DNA from: Octopus sinensis
Taxonomy: Eukaryota
Reading direction: 5' to 3'
Length of the DNA stretch: 64,000 bases
Assembly (NCBI RefSeq): GCF_006345805.1
Contig: NC_043001.1
Span: 83,886,001 to 83,950,000, forward strand
Positions within the stretch are counted from its first letter, which is position 1; each line of letters begins with the position of its first letter. A program made the position numbers and the translations under genes. Below are positions 23,840 through 36,323 of this stretch, one piece after another. Under the pieces are notes generated by a model. The model was given only the letters and a program-made list of their open reading frames with translations. It was not told where the DNA came from and did not search any database.

Positions 23840-26800
23840 GTTAATTCCCCCGCGCGTGGGGCGGCAAATTATAATTTTTGCTGCGAAAGCATAATTTTGC
23901 TGTGCGGCGTAGGCCGAAATTTTTGAAAATCTTGTTTTCGCCATTTGTATAAAATGGAAAATTTAAACACACCGGAATTGTCTATCACAGGGAAACTTTC
24001 AAGAGAGGAGCCAGGAAATGAACGAACCAAGTACATCAAATAACAAATAAGCCAAACTTGCCAGTAAAGTTAGAGATCAAAAGAAATGTTGTGGTGGTAA
24101 GCCTGGCAACACTGGCAAGATGCCAGCAAATAACGGAAAGCCGCCGAGGAAAATAGATTTCGCGGCAGCAGCTAAAGATAAAATTAGGAAAATTAATACA
24201 GAGAAACTAAAGGAACAGAAAACAAGGGAAGGGACAGAAATAAAAGTAACCCCTCCACAAAGTATAGCAGAAGAATTGAAAAGAACTAATTTATAAAACG
24301 TACAAAGTGAAAGTCAAGAAAATGGACTACGTCTCAGAGAAAGCCGAAAGATGCCTCAAACCCATTTAACACGAAATAACTTACCTCACAAGAGGTAAGA
24401 GATATGCAACGGTGAAGCTTAAAATGGAGTCAGCGGAAAAAGCGATGTTCCATTCAGTGGACCCATTAAGAACCGACGAAATGGTGCTCCTGCCCATATA
24501 TATGGGGAAGAGAACTTCGAGCATTAATATAAGCAATATACCACCAGAAGATCACACCGCTGGAGGCAGTGGAAATGGAAGAAAGAAACCGACAAGGTCA
24601 AGGTGTTAAAATTACTATTCAAGCTGAGCTCTTGACGTTAGAAATTCCAGAGAACAGAAGTAGGAGAGACCAGGTTAGTGGTAATAGACGAGGGGAGGCA
24701 ACCACAGTGCATTAACTGTTGTAAAAAAAAAAAAAAAAGGCCAATTGTAATCCTTCCAGAAAAAGAGGTTGAAAAAAACGTTGGAAGTGAAAGTGACAGA
24801 AACCAACAGCGGAACACCAATAAACAATGATGGGAGGGGAGTGGCCCGCGGTTAAAAATAGAAAAATCAAACGAACCTCCCCGCAAAAACACAATAGCAG
24901 AACAATGAAAAAGGCGAAACAAATGGAGAATTGTAAAGGTTTTGTGATTTATCACTCAAAAAATTACAACATATTCGTGAATGAGTACAGGAATGATGTA
25001 GCCCCCCCCCCTGAGACTGGACATCTCACCTTTAATCTACGAAGGCCTAATCAATCCGATTCCACGAGACCGTGAAAAGAAAAGGAGGCGTATCCCCCAC
25101 CCGCCTCCAGTCATCGACTAGACAAGTTAAGACTTTATGGCTGTTCACGTAGGTTGTGTAAATGTACGTGGCCTGCAGTCTAGTTGGAAGCAAAGGCGTT
25201 CCCTAAATCATGTTAGGGCACGGAACTTAGATGTTATTGCTGCTACTGAAACCTGGTTAAAAGGGCCAAGAGATCTGCTCCCATTCCTGGACGGTTACGA
25301 GAAGTTTATTTCTCCAGGCCGGCCTGTGGGCGGAGGTGGGGTGTTGGTCCTACTAAAAAACTAGGTTTCCATGAAAAGTTAATTTTTGCTGATCCAGAAG
25401 GTAGGCTCGTCGTTTTGGATTTGACGTTCAGCTGCGGTAAGAAAATCAGACTGGTTGCAATTTACGCACCCAATCATGGTCTGATTATTTTCGTGAGCTG
25501 GAGAAGTTTCTGGGAACATCACATTTACTAGTTCTGTTAGGAGACTAACACTATTCACGATGTACGTGTGGATTGTGTTGGCTCGAATACTGATAGAACA
25601 AATATTGGCTTCCGGGATCTACTAAGTCGCTTTCAGCTAGTAGATCCATACAGACCAGAATTCCCGAACGCCCCATTGTGAACATGGTCAAACAGCGACG
25701 GGTCTTCAAGGTCTAACATAGGATTCTAATTAGAAAGATAAAAATATAGCTAAATGTCCATAGTTTCACCTGGTCAGCTACAGTGGTTACAAGTTTGTCA
25801 CTTGTAAGCTGAACTTGTAAGCTATATAGTAAAGGCTCCGGGTACAGGAAACTCAGAGGTCCCTTTTGATGATTGAAGAGCACAGGAACTGCATTAAGTC
25901 ATTGATACAGAGGGTAATGACCGGTACTATTATTAACGACAAATACTGGTATGCCCTAAAAAGAGCCATTATATTTGCGTCTATTATATGTAGCATTGGT
26001 TTAGTGGCTAGTGAACGTAGGAGGGAAGTATAATTATCTAAGGCCGCAGAGGAAGCCGTGGTGACTGGCAATGCATCTCGAGTGAAGGCAAAAAGACTGC
26101 AATTAAACCAGCGCCCCGAAGCTAAGCACATTGGGTGTATTGTCAGGCTAAACCTCGTGCAATGGGTTGCAAGGGGATCAAGATCGCTGGATGGGCCCCG
26201 AGTGCTGGAAGCCCAACGTGGAAATGATTTTACAGTTCGATCTTTGGTGAGTTTGTAAACGAACGCGAGATCCGGATGACTTTTCAGGAGCACTTCTCCC
26301 AGCTTTTCGGTGAGGGGGGGGGGCGATGGACCGGACAGCAGATTGGACCTTTCGAACTTCCTCGCAGGGCTGCTGCGTCTCTTGGAGGAGGATGCGGAGG
26401 GCTGTGAAGAGTCGATCACACCTGAGGAAGTGATAGGGGTCAGAGCAGACTGCGGCGTTGGTAAGACGCCGGGTTTTGATAGTCTGCCATACGAATTGTA
26501 TAAAAATATGCCAGACTTGTTCGGGCACATAGTGGCGAACTGGCAGCAGAACGGAAGGATTCCCAGATCTATGTGCCGGGGAGTAGTGACTGGTCAAAAA
26601 GGACCCGGACACGGGGGATAGAATAGATAATTTTAGGCCCATCACTTTCCTCGCCAGGCTGCTGGGTCTGTTGGGGCAGGATGCGGAGGGATGTGAAGGG
26701 TCAATCACACCTGAGGAAGTGATAGGGTTCAGAGCAGACTGCGGCGTTGGTAAGACGCCGGGTTTTGATGGCTTGCCATAGGAACTGTATAAAAGTATGC

Positions 26801-26850
26801 CAAACTTATTTGGGCACATACTGACCGAGTTTTACGCGCACTGGCAACGT
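23840..26850 (+). mobile_element. Degraded Tx1-like element with ORF1, APE endonuclease and RT start; 3'-truncated; directly abuts the previous element
   Basis: ORF1 remnants, then ORF2 start MAVHVGCVNVRGL...ETWL, GRLVVLD, IYAP, and KTPGFDSLPYELY...NFRPITFL. Confidence 0.75.
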
Positions 26851-29064
26851 AAGAAAAACATTGAGACATGTAGGCTGTTCAAAACCAAGACTGAAGGCAT
26901 TATTCGCTTCGTTGCCAACTGCGGTATCATCTAACGGAGTTAGAACAGGATAAAAAATATAGAAGATGAAATTAACTGTATTAAGACCGAAGGGCCAAAA
27001 GAATAATGGCGGTATTTAAAAATTGAAGTAGCCACTAAGCTAAAACACCCGATTAAATATTCTTGTGTAGGATCACAAGAAACAGCCATGCTCTTGTGGA
27101 AATCAATAACCAACTGGACACCTGTGTGGTCGGAAAGAGACGAATGAAGAAAATCGTATAGACTCGGTAGTAAGTATCAATGTGATCTAGTGTGCGTCGG
27201 AGTGAGTGTGCCCGATAGGCCGTGCGACGCTATACTGTCCCTGTAGAGGGACAATGACAAAATAACCTTCAAAATGTTGGTATCATGGTCAAGGTATTCA
27301 AAAACAATATTAACTATAACGAAGTTTAAAGCAATTTGGACCATCAAGAATTTCTCTTCACAACAAATGACAACATTCAGGTACATAATCTAGTAAGAAT
27401 TTTATATATTGATACAGAGATTCCAAAGTTAAGGAAATAAAGAGATCGAGTCGACACCAAAACGTTGGTACATATTGTACTGAATGCGAATATGCGAAGT
27501 CGACCCAGCTAGGATTTGAATTCGGAACGCGAGATTCTTAATTGTCATAGTAGAAACATTGGTAACAGGTTAAATTAACCATTCCACTAACTCTAGAGAA
27601 CCACAATAAGAAATCTAGTGTTTTTAGCTTTAGATTTACGGAGATGACATTTATTTTTACCCTAAATATGAAGCTAGTCTATTGTAGGTGAAGTTTTTTT
27701 TTCCAACCTTCTAACGTTAATTAAAAACTGAATTTGTAGTTTCGTGAATTAATATTTAAGAGATCAATGTCAGAAATTAAAGGCTGCTGCTCGAGCTTCC
27801 TGGCCAGAAGTTGCTTGAATTACATTAAAAAACCTAGTCAATACATTTTTCAAAGGTGTCGTCAGTATACAACGTTTCACGCTCCTGATCGAACTTCAAG
27901 GTTATTAATGGTCTCACAAAAGTAAAATTGTTTTCAAATATTTTAGGTTTTTATCAAAAATAAATTGTCTTGTAATAGATGCATCCAGTAGCACTGTACG
28001 AAGCATAAGACTAGTATTCCCTTCTTTAGAAGTTTAACCCGTTAATTAAAAGCGACCACTTATTTCAAAAGTAGAATAGCCGAGCATGTCTTCTAGCTGC
28101 ACTCAAGGACCGCCTAAATAGATTAAAATTTAAGAAAAAAGGGGACCATGCGGTAAACAAAAGGAACCTTTGGCTCCAGAAGTTATTTTTCTTTCAGAGT
28201 AAAGCATATTGCAACGCCAGCAAATGAGTCAGCTAGTGAACCAGAAGTTTAGTACAGAGCTGGTATCTGCAAAACACGGCGTTTATTAGAAAACTTTAAA
28301 GTAGTTCAGCTATGTAGCTTTTACGTTTTATCATTTTGGAACTCAATAAATGCGACTGCATTTTATTTTGTTCAAAGAGACTACTTTGAAGCATTTCACC
28401 GTCTGTTGAACACTGATAAGTGCGCATCGTTCCTCAGTCTATATCTTTGCCAAACAAGAACCTAAATGTAATGACTACATGATGTAGCATATCATGCATT
28501 TATTGGCGGAGTGATTAAATGTTTATGCACAACATGGCGTATAGATTTTATGCATAGGCGCTCCAAATTGAAGTCAATAAGGTCAGACAAAAGACAGGTG
28601 TTAAACTTGAAATAGAAAATTAAAATTCCGCTACAGGAGACCTTTAAAACGTTTTAACTGTTCTATCAGAGTGCCGCATCAGTAGTGTAGAATTTCTGCT
28701 TGTAATACAGTCCTTTCATCATGGTTGCTCTCTTCGCATTTATACGATAAAATTCTTTATCAGAGAAGCCAACCTGAAAGAGAAGAAAATATTTTAGAGT
28801 AAAATATAGGTTACTTTATCTAATAAGTTGAAGACAATGAACGAAAATAAGGAGGTCGAAATAAATTAACATTCTGGATTAAATAAGTACTAAATGATTT
28901 TACGGTAGAGCAGCAATATTTGTTCTCGTCCCTTTTTATACAGGACTTCAAATCCTGCCGTGATCCACTTAGTCATTCCGAGAGTAATAAAATAATCATA
29001 CACTAATACTTATGTATACTCACATTCGCACACGCATGTATAAATGTTAATTGAATCATCTATA

Positions 29065-29213
29065 TATCTTTTTCTTTATTACCCACAAGGTGTAAAACAG
29101 AGGGGACAAACAAGGACAGATAAACGGATTAAGTCGATCACATCGACTCCAGTGCGCAACTGGTACTTAATTTATCGACCCCGAAAGGATGAAAGGCAAC
29201 GTCGACCTCGGCG
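29065..29213 (-). mobile_element. Nin/Deu-like SINE with Tx1-like 3' tail
   Basis: Core TCGACCCCGAAAGGATGAAAGGC; tail (minus strand) TGTCCTTGTTTGTCCCCTCTGTTTTACACCTTGTGGGTAATAAAGAAA. Confidence 0.75.
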
Positions 29214-29499
29214 TTAAGAATTAAACCGTTCAAGCTATCTTAAGGCACAACTATAATCAATTTACTTCCAATTTATTTAATGTGTCAATATTTTCGTGGC
29301 AAAATCGCAACTCAGTCACTAATAGTTATGATTTCGGAAATTTATGAAGTTTAACCAAAACAATATACTAAAAACACTCCACCCGAAAAAAATAAAAAAT
29401 TCTAACCGAAAAACTATAATTTCAAAACTAAAGGCAAAAAACAAACTAAAAATGATTAAAAACAAATAAACCAAACAAAAATAAGTAAAAACAATACCA

Positions 29500-29770
29500 T
29501 TTAATGTCCGCTTTCTATGCAGGCATGGGTTGGACAGTTTGACAAGTTAGCTAGGCAGAAGACTGGACCAAGGTTCAGCCCCTGTTTTGGCATTTTTTAC
29601 AGCTGGATGCCCTTCCTAACACCAGCCACGCCGTAAAGTGGACGGTGCTTTTACGTGGCACCTGCACAGGCGAAGTCAGCTTTGGCATGGTTTTTACAGC
29701 TGGATGTCCATCCAAGTGACAACCACTTTACAGTATGAACTGGATGTTTTTGACGTCGCATCAGCACTGG
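29500..29770 (-). mobile_element. Interspersed repeat resembling a Meta-domain SINE 3' part
   Basis: Minus strand contains GGTGTTAGGAAGGGCATCCAGCTGTAAAA and the tail TCCAACCCATGCCTGCATAGAAAGCGGACATTAAA; family assignment is from memory. Confidence 0.45.
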
Positions 29771-30730
29771 TCGTCAAGCCACTTGCAAGACAAAGATACT
29801 TTGAGAGGTAAGGGAGCACTGGAGATCTTGTGGTAAAAGACGAAAGGTTAGAGTGTGACAGTGAGATGAAAACTGGTCTTGCCGTAGGAGATACATAGTT
29901 ATCTGGTCAGAAAGAGAGAGAGATCAGGAATAAGGGCAGGCTGTTGCTGTAGCGATACATAGTTAATCAACCAGAGGGAGAGAGAGTACAAAAGAGTGAC
30001 AGTGTGAAAGAACAGGAGAGATAGTAGCGAAGTGCCAGGGCATACTCACAAGTCACGGGATCAGAATATAAATTCAAAATAACTGAAAATAGATACAAAT
30101 GAATAAATGTTCTAGGACACGTGCACTGGGTTGCAAATTGCCGTCTCAAATTTATGACACTTTTACTGACAATAAAACCGTATGGAAGCATACGACAATA
30201 AAAATTCATAAAATATATTGTGATACACGAACTTTTTAATTGTCTTGCTTGGTGGTTGTTACTCACGATGTCAGTCTTGATTAAGCACACCTAAGATTCC
30301 AACTATAATCATTTCGTAGTTTCAGGTAGTCTGAAGATCTATATTTAGTTTAACTCTTAAGCATTCAGACTACTCAGTAAAAATGTAATGCTTGTTTATT
30401 CGCATTCTTTTGAATTAATCACGCTTCTCATAATCTCAAGATTTTGGGGAATGTGATTGTTTCTTTTTAGAAGTTATTGTAGGGTAGGTGTGAAAGGCAG
30501 GCTCTGATCTGCTTGAACATAAAATATGAAGGATATTTTGGCCCGATATGATCGGTTTAAATAAGGGATTAAGAGACATTTACCTGTTATCCATAGCCTG
30601 TCTAGCGTCCACGTAGAGTAGGAAACACCATATTCAAATTTGAACTAGCCCTTTGACACTGCCTAAAGCCTGAAAGAATAAAACTTTTAGGTCAAAATAT
30701 GAGGCTGCTGGCTGACGCTTCGAAATACGG

Positions 30731-31105
30731 TCTTTTTTCATTTGTTTCAGTCATTAGATTACGATTATGTTGGGGGGTACCACCTTTAAGAGTTTAGTTA
30801 AAAAAAAAAAAAAAAAAAAAATCAACCCCAGTACATTTTTAAATGCTTGTAACTATTGTAGGTCTGTTGCCGAACCGCTACGTTGCGGGGACGTGAAACC
30901 AGTAACGGTCGTCAAGTGATGTTTGGGAACTTGAGAGAGAGCGAGAGAGTGTGAGAGAGATTCCTCAGTTTCCGTCTACCACATTCACTCACAAAGCCTT
31001 GTTCAGTCCGGAGCTATAATAGAAGACATTCGACGAAGGTACCACGCAGTGGGATTGATGCCCAAGCCAGGTAGTTGCAAAGTAAACTTTAAACCACACA
31101 ATCAT
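30731..31105 (-). mobile_element. CORE-like SINE, diverged
   Basis: TTTGTTTCAGTCATTAGA...TCAGTTTCCGTCTACC...CCACGCAGTGGGA. Confidence 0.7.
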
Positions 31106-31714
31106 GCTTGCACAAAAGCAGTTGCTTCAGTTTCGAAACCGAAATTCAACTAAATCAGGTTTCTGGTTGATAGAGAAAAACCACTGGTATTGTAGGTTAA
31201 TCCTGAGGTTTAATAAATAGAATTCACTTTCGAGGTAAAGCTACTAAACTAGGAACCCACTCACTACATAAATAGCAGAATAAACGCTAGTTTCTGAACT
31301 TTGCAAATACATGAAAATGTTATGAAAATTTAATACAAGACGTATAGTTAAGAAGTTCGTTTAGCATGCACATGGTTTCCGGTTCGGTGCAACTGCCTGG
31401 CATATTGGGAAAGTGTCTTCAACTATAACTTCAGGTTTACCAATGTCTTCTGAGTGAAATTGGTCGAGGGAAATTGCTGAAGCTAGTCATATGAACGAGT
31501 GTGCGCATATATGTGCGTGTAGGTGTCCATATTCGAAAATACCTGGTTTAAAAATCAGTATTAGGGTTTATAATAATAGAGTAAAAGAATGAACCAGTAT
31601 GGCTGCTATCGATAGGCTAGACTGACCTTCACTCCAAATGCTACAGTATAGTTGCTACCCAATGACTGACACACGTAAAAAAAAAAAAAAAAAAGTAGTA
31701 AATATCCCTTATTC

Positions 31715-31929
31715 ATTTACATTCGACTGATATTTGTCATCTTGTTGTTAACGTTTCGGCTGATATACCCTCCAGCCTTCTTCGGGTGTCTTGGGGAAAT
31801 TTCGAACCTGGGTTCTCATTCCTAAGGTATTTTTCGACGTTATTATTGTTATTCAGGTCACTGCTTGGAATCGAACTCGGAATCTTGGGGTTAGTAGCTG
31901 GAACTCTTAACCACTACGCCATATGCCTG
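31715..31929 (-). mobile_element. tRNA-headed SINE with a (degenerate) hammerhead in its 3' half
   Basis: Minus strand: TGGCGTAGTGGTTAAG (A-box)...GAGTTCGATTCC (B-box)...AGACAC-CCGAAGA-AGGCTGGAGGGTATATCAGCC-GAAA-CGTT; core has a U-to-C change and the 3' strand of helix I is deleted. Confidence 0.8.
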
Positions 31930-31964
31930 TTTGAATATTTGCTACTACCACCGAGATCTGCACC

Positions 31965-32178
31965 TGCGTAGTGGTTAAGGGCGCGGGCTACCAACCCCAA
32001 GATTCCGAGTTCGATTCCAAGCAGTGACCTGAACAATAATAACATCGAAAAATACATTAGGAATGAGAACCTAGGTTCGAAATGTCTCCAAGACACCTGA
32101 AGAAGGCTGGAGGGCATATCAGCCGAAACGTTGTTTTAACAAACAAGATGAGGACAAATACCCGTTAATTGTAAATAA
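31965..32178 (+). mobile_element. tRNA-headed SINE with a hammerhead ribozyme (32093-32136)
   Basis: GCGTAGTGGTTAAGG...GAGTTCGATTCC...ACAC-CTGAAGA-AGGCTG(loop)CAGCC-GAAA-CG-TT-GTTT. Head-to-head with the previous copy. Confidence 0.8.
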
Positions 32179-32624
32179 TTCATCTCTTAAACAGAATTGG
32201 GTACTACTTAAGAACGGTGGTCCCGGTGCGCGCACTCGCGCCCACGCTAGCTAGTTGTAAGTAGTCGATCCTACAACGACTAACGAGCGCGAGTATGCAA
32301 ATTAAAAAAAGACGCGCGCACGCGCAATACATGTTCGTATTTCAAGGCTGAATACATATCAAATAAAAATTTTTTTTTAAAAAACAAATAGGGATTTTTT
32401 AAAACAATGTATATAATATTTTTACACAAATTAAATATTTTTTGAACAAAGTAAATAAAACGCAAAGTAAATCATTTTTTAAACTAAGCAAATTTTTTTT
32501 AAACAAACTATTTTTTTTTAAACTAAATTTATTTTTCTAATCGACTAAATATTTTTTTTTAACAAATTAAAAATAACACACTACCTGTTTTTGGTAACTT
32601 GACACTTTTTTACGGCGACGAAAA

Positions 32625-34600
32625 CTACCGAATATTGGTACCATTGAATAACAGTTGTTTGTGAGAGACGACCATCTCAGTCGATGTATGTATGGCGTGG
32701 AGTGGTTGTTTTTTTTTTTTTGTGAGTTGCTGACTGTTTGTTGATTGTCGAATTTATTATTGTTAAACGGTTTTTGCTGTACGGTTGCACGGTGTTTGTC
32801 TGTGTTGAGACAGACAAGGACAGTCCCTCCCTAATGGGAGAAACGGCAAGAATATTCGAAACTGTATCGGACTTGTCTATGTCTGAGGAGGAATTGGAGG
32901 AAGCGGTAAAAAGAATGGACCAAAAATTAGGTAATACTTATGCTGGAGTAGCCAAAAAATCAGAGGAGAAAGAGTTGGACTTAGCCAAGTTGCCAAAAGT
33001 TTATCAAGAAGGACGGCGGTGAGGTGGAACTAGCACCGCCACCTAAACGTAGAGAATGGTACGAGAAAAGGACCATTACATACAGGGTCTATGTAAACGG
33101 AAAGAAAAAAATCGAAGTGGTAAATATGGAATGGATAGAAGAGGCTCTGAGAAGAACAGCGGAGGAGATAACATTTTTGACAAGAGGTACAAGCTACGGT
33201 ACTGTGGTGGTACAGTTCAGGAGTGAAAATGTAGCAAGGAGGATGGCGGCGAAAGCAGTAAAGTCTGAGAGGGTATTCCTTTTGCCCTCATACTTAAACA
33301 GGAAAATCACTAGAATAAGGGTAGAGGGAATACCCCCAAATGTCGAAGCGGAATGGATTGTGGCAGCTATAATTAGCGGTCATGAAGAAGTGGACATCCT
33401 CCATGCCACGGTAAAAATCGAATGCTGGAGAGGCGCAACGCTAGATATGAATGTACAAGCGGAGGATGAAGTACTAGAGAATTTAACAGAACATCAGATT
33501 GGGAGGCGTTGTCATGAGAGTGGAGGGCAGAGCTCCACGCTATTACAAGTGTGGCCTGAGAGGGCACTTAAGAGCTAACTGCCCACCCCCAGAGAAAGAT
33601 GCGGAACCACAAAGAGAGGCGGAAGAGGTGCAGAAACCAGAAGAGAAAGAGACAACAGAAGGGGAAGAGGTTTCAAAAGAATGGGAAGAAGCCAGGAAAA
33701 AGAGGAAGAGAAGAATAAGAGGAAAAGCAAATAGTACGGAACCCCAATCCACCCCAACACCACCCACACCCTCTGAGTCCCACCCTCTCCCTGCAGACAG
33801 TGAACCCACCCGCTCCCCTCCAACAAGAAAACAGAAAAGAAAAGACACACACACAACCAAGATACAAAAAATGAACCCAGGCCCAACATTGTATGTATGA
33901 CGGGAAAAGAAAAAATTAAAAAGACAATGGAAGAATATCAATGGTGTGACAGAGGACCGATCAGATATGCAGTAATTGAAATGGATCGAATGGACGAGTT
34001 TATGGTAATGTGTGAAAGGGAGTATTGCGAAGTAAATGAAGTGAGAATGGTCGAAAAAAATCATGAGGGATTTGGAAGAGATGTTTGAGAGAAAGATGGA
34101 GATGGATGGATTTTGTATAGGAACTGAACAAGGAGCATTTGTTTGGGACTAATAACTGAAAGACAGGTAAGTGATGCTAGCGGATGGGGCCGATAGCGTC
34201 GCTTTCATAATATCATTTTCATGAATTCATGTATTCATTATTATGTTTTGTGTCCCCAATGTTTGTACTGTCCGTTCTATGTCGCCCGCTATGGGTAATA
34301 AAGAAATCAGTCGATGTATGTATGGCCATATTATAGGACTATAAATACGTAAGAAGGATAAAGTCCCGTAGTTGTAATCTAGAGTTTTCAAGAAACGAAG
34401 ACTTTTTAATCGACTCTTCCTCCATTTGGCTATGTCTTAACGAATCGTTTCATTGTAATGGCCGCACTCTTATACTGGTTTTGTGAAAAAAAAAAAGTGA
34501 TGCCGTTTTGATATCTTCTAGGCACTTCTCCCTCTGTTGCAATATCGATTCTTTTTCCTTCTCGAAAACGTTCTATAGACTATTTTACTTCTCCATTCTG
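32625..34600 (-). pseudogene. Degraded Merlin/IS1595-like transposase N-terminus, split by the 32697-34306 insertion
   Basis: Removing the insert and one TSD copy gives SIKKSSFLENSRLQLRDFILLTYL*SYNMAIHTSTEMV(G)LSQTTVIQWYQY, resembling the helix-turn-helix region of ISXO2/Merlin transposases. Confidence 0.5.
32697..34306 (+). mobile_element. Full-length ORF1-only (HAL1-like) Tx1-clade retroelement with a 20-bp TSD
   Basis: TCAGTCGATGTATGTATGGC at 32677-32696 and 34307-34326. T-rich 5'UTR; ORF1 in frameshifted pieces (32835-34090) with a YKCGLRGHLRANC knuckle and a Pro-rich linker; tail ...GGGTAATAAAGAAA. No endonuclease or RT motifs. Confidence 0.85.
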
Positions 34601-34821
34601 TTTTTTCTTGGTATTTCTTAAAAGTACCTTGAAGTCCACTTCATGTTGCTCCAGCACACGTGGATCCACGGCACTCCGTCCTTCAGCTGCTGTAGCATAA
34701 CTCTTCGTCTCCATTTTCTTCACCTAAAACAATAAGAACACAGGCTCGCTAGAAGACTAAACACAGCAAAACTTCCCCTGGCAAACGACTCGCAACAATG
34801 CACGAACTGGGTTGTGTGGTA
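34560..34821 (-). mobile_element. 5' fragment of a Tx1-like element (UTR plus ORF1 start)
   Basis: VKKMETKSYATAAEG parallels AVKKMDRRLKGKTFAEA and AVKRMDQKLGNTYAGVA in neighbouring ORF1s. Confidence 0.45.
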
Positions 34822-36323
34822 TTTCTTTATTGCCCCAGAAGGAGCAACAAAAATATGTGGGGACACAGAACACGAAAAAATATAACATAAGTGATCTGAA
34901 AATGATAATGAAAATGTGCTGCTTGTCCCACGTCAAGCAGCATCACTTCCATTTTATCTTTTAAATCTTGAGTCTTTCAGTATATCTATACCGTATTCAT
35001 CCTTTAGCTCCTTGTATGTCATATTGTCATGTATTTTATTAATACCCACGCTTATCCTCCAGCATTCCCGTCCTTTCTTAAATTTAGCTATTTTCTCCTT
35101 TTGATTTTCTGACACCAGTATACACAGGTTCCATCCAATGTTCGTGCACTCTTCTAATTCTACAAACTTTACATTTTTCCACGTTATTTTATTAATTAGT
35201 TCACCTATCCCCTCTGTAATTACACAAGCATAACATATCACTGAGAGGGGAATTTTGTACATTCTGTTGTGACTGTTTTTCTTTTTTTGTGTAGGAGGGG
35301 AATGGGTAGGTTTGGTGTACGGGGGAGGGTGGGCCCGAGAGAGTATGGGTTGGGGTTCCTGTTCATCTTAACTTTTCCCTGCTTCCCCACCTTCCATATT
35401 TCTTCCTCCTTCTCTGGTTCCTTCCATTCTTCCCGGCTTTTTCTTTCTCCAAGAAATCTGCTCTGATATGGCCCTTTCGGCCACATTTCTACCCTCCACC
35501 CATTCTTTCAACACCACTCCACCTATCGTTATGGTCTCTGCCATTTTTTTTTCCCCAAATATTACGTAGTGCACTAAATTATGATTTTGAGAGTCTTACC
35601 TTGTCAGTTTGTAGGTTACTTCCTCTTCGCTTCCCAGAAGCAATGCTGCCGCCATCCACGCCACGTCTATTTCCGGGGGAATTCCTACCTTGACTCTAGC
35701 AGTCCTTCTCGAATGCATTGGAAGGAGGACTACTTTTGTCCACCTTCAGAGGGGTTACCGAGTGTTCTCTTGCTCTCTCGATGCTTTTGAAATAAACGTT
35801 CACTGTTCCGAAACGGCCTCCTCTTGCCAGGTAAGTTATATCTTGCCAAATTGGTCTCAGTGCTCTCGATTACTTCTGTTGACTCTAAAGGGATCTTTTC
35901 TTCTTCTGAATATCACTTGTAGACAGTGATCTTCTTCATTATTTCCTCGGGTGGTGACAATTTAACATCGCCACCATCCTTATCCACCATGATTTCGAAC
36001 TTTCTCAGATTCTTCACATTTACCTCATTTTTACGAATTTCTGTGGCTTCCGCGAAGGTCTTTCCTTTCAAACGCCTGTCCATTTTCTTCACCGCTCTCA
36101 CGAGCTCCTTCGATTAAAACAATTCGCTGATATCTGAATATACTGAGTTAGTTGAGGAATACCTGGCCATCTCTCACAGAGAGAAAGCACAACAACTGAA
36201 CCGCTGCAAAGCAACAAAAACAATAATAACTCAACAATAAAACTTTCAAGCAAACAAAATCAAGACTAAGCAGCACAAAAATAAAGAAAATTGGCTGCCA
36301 CGCACAAACAGGGTCGTATCTGA
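34822..36323 (-). mobile_element. Second ORF1-only (HAL1-like) Tx1-clade element
   Basis: 5'UTR, then AVKKMDRRLKGKTFAEA, VGIPPEIDVAWMAAALL, KCGRKGHIRAD, a Pro-rich linker and a C-terminal domain. Tail CTCCTTCTGGGGCAATAAAGAAA. No ORF2. Confidence 0.7.

Noticed and set aside
34628-34723. Apparent 96-nt minus-strand exon with AG/GT boundaries
   Set aside because: The peptide matches the N-terminus of the local Tx1 ORF1s and no partner exons were found; better explained as a TE fragment.
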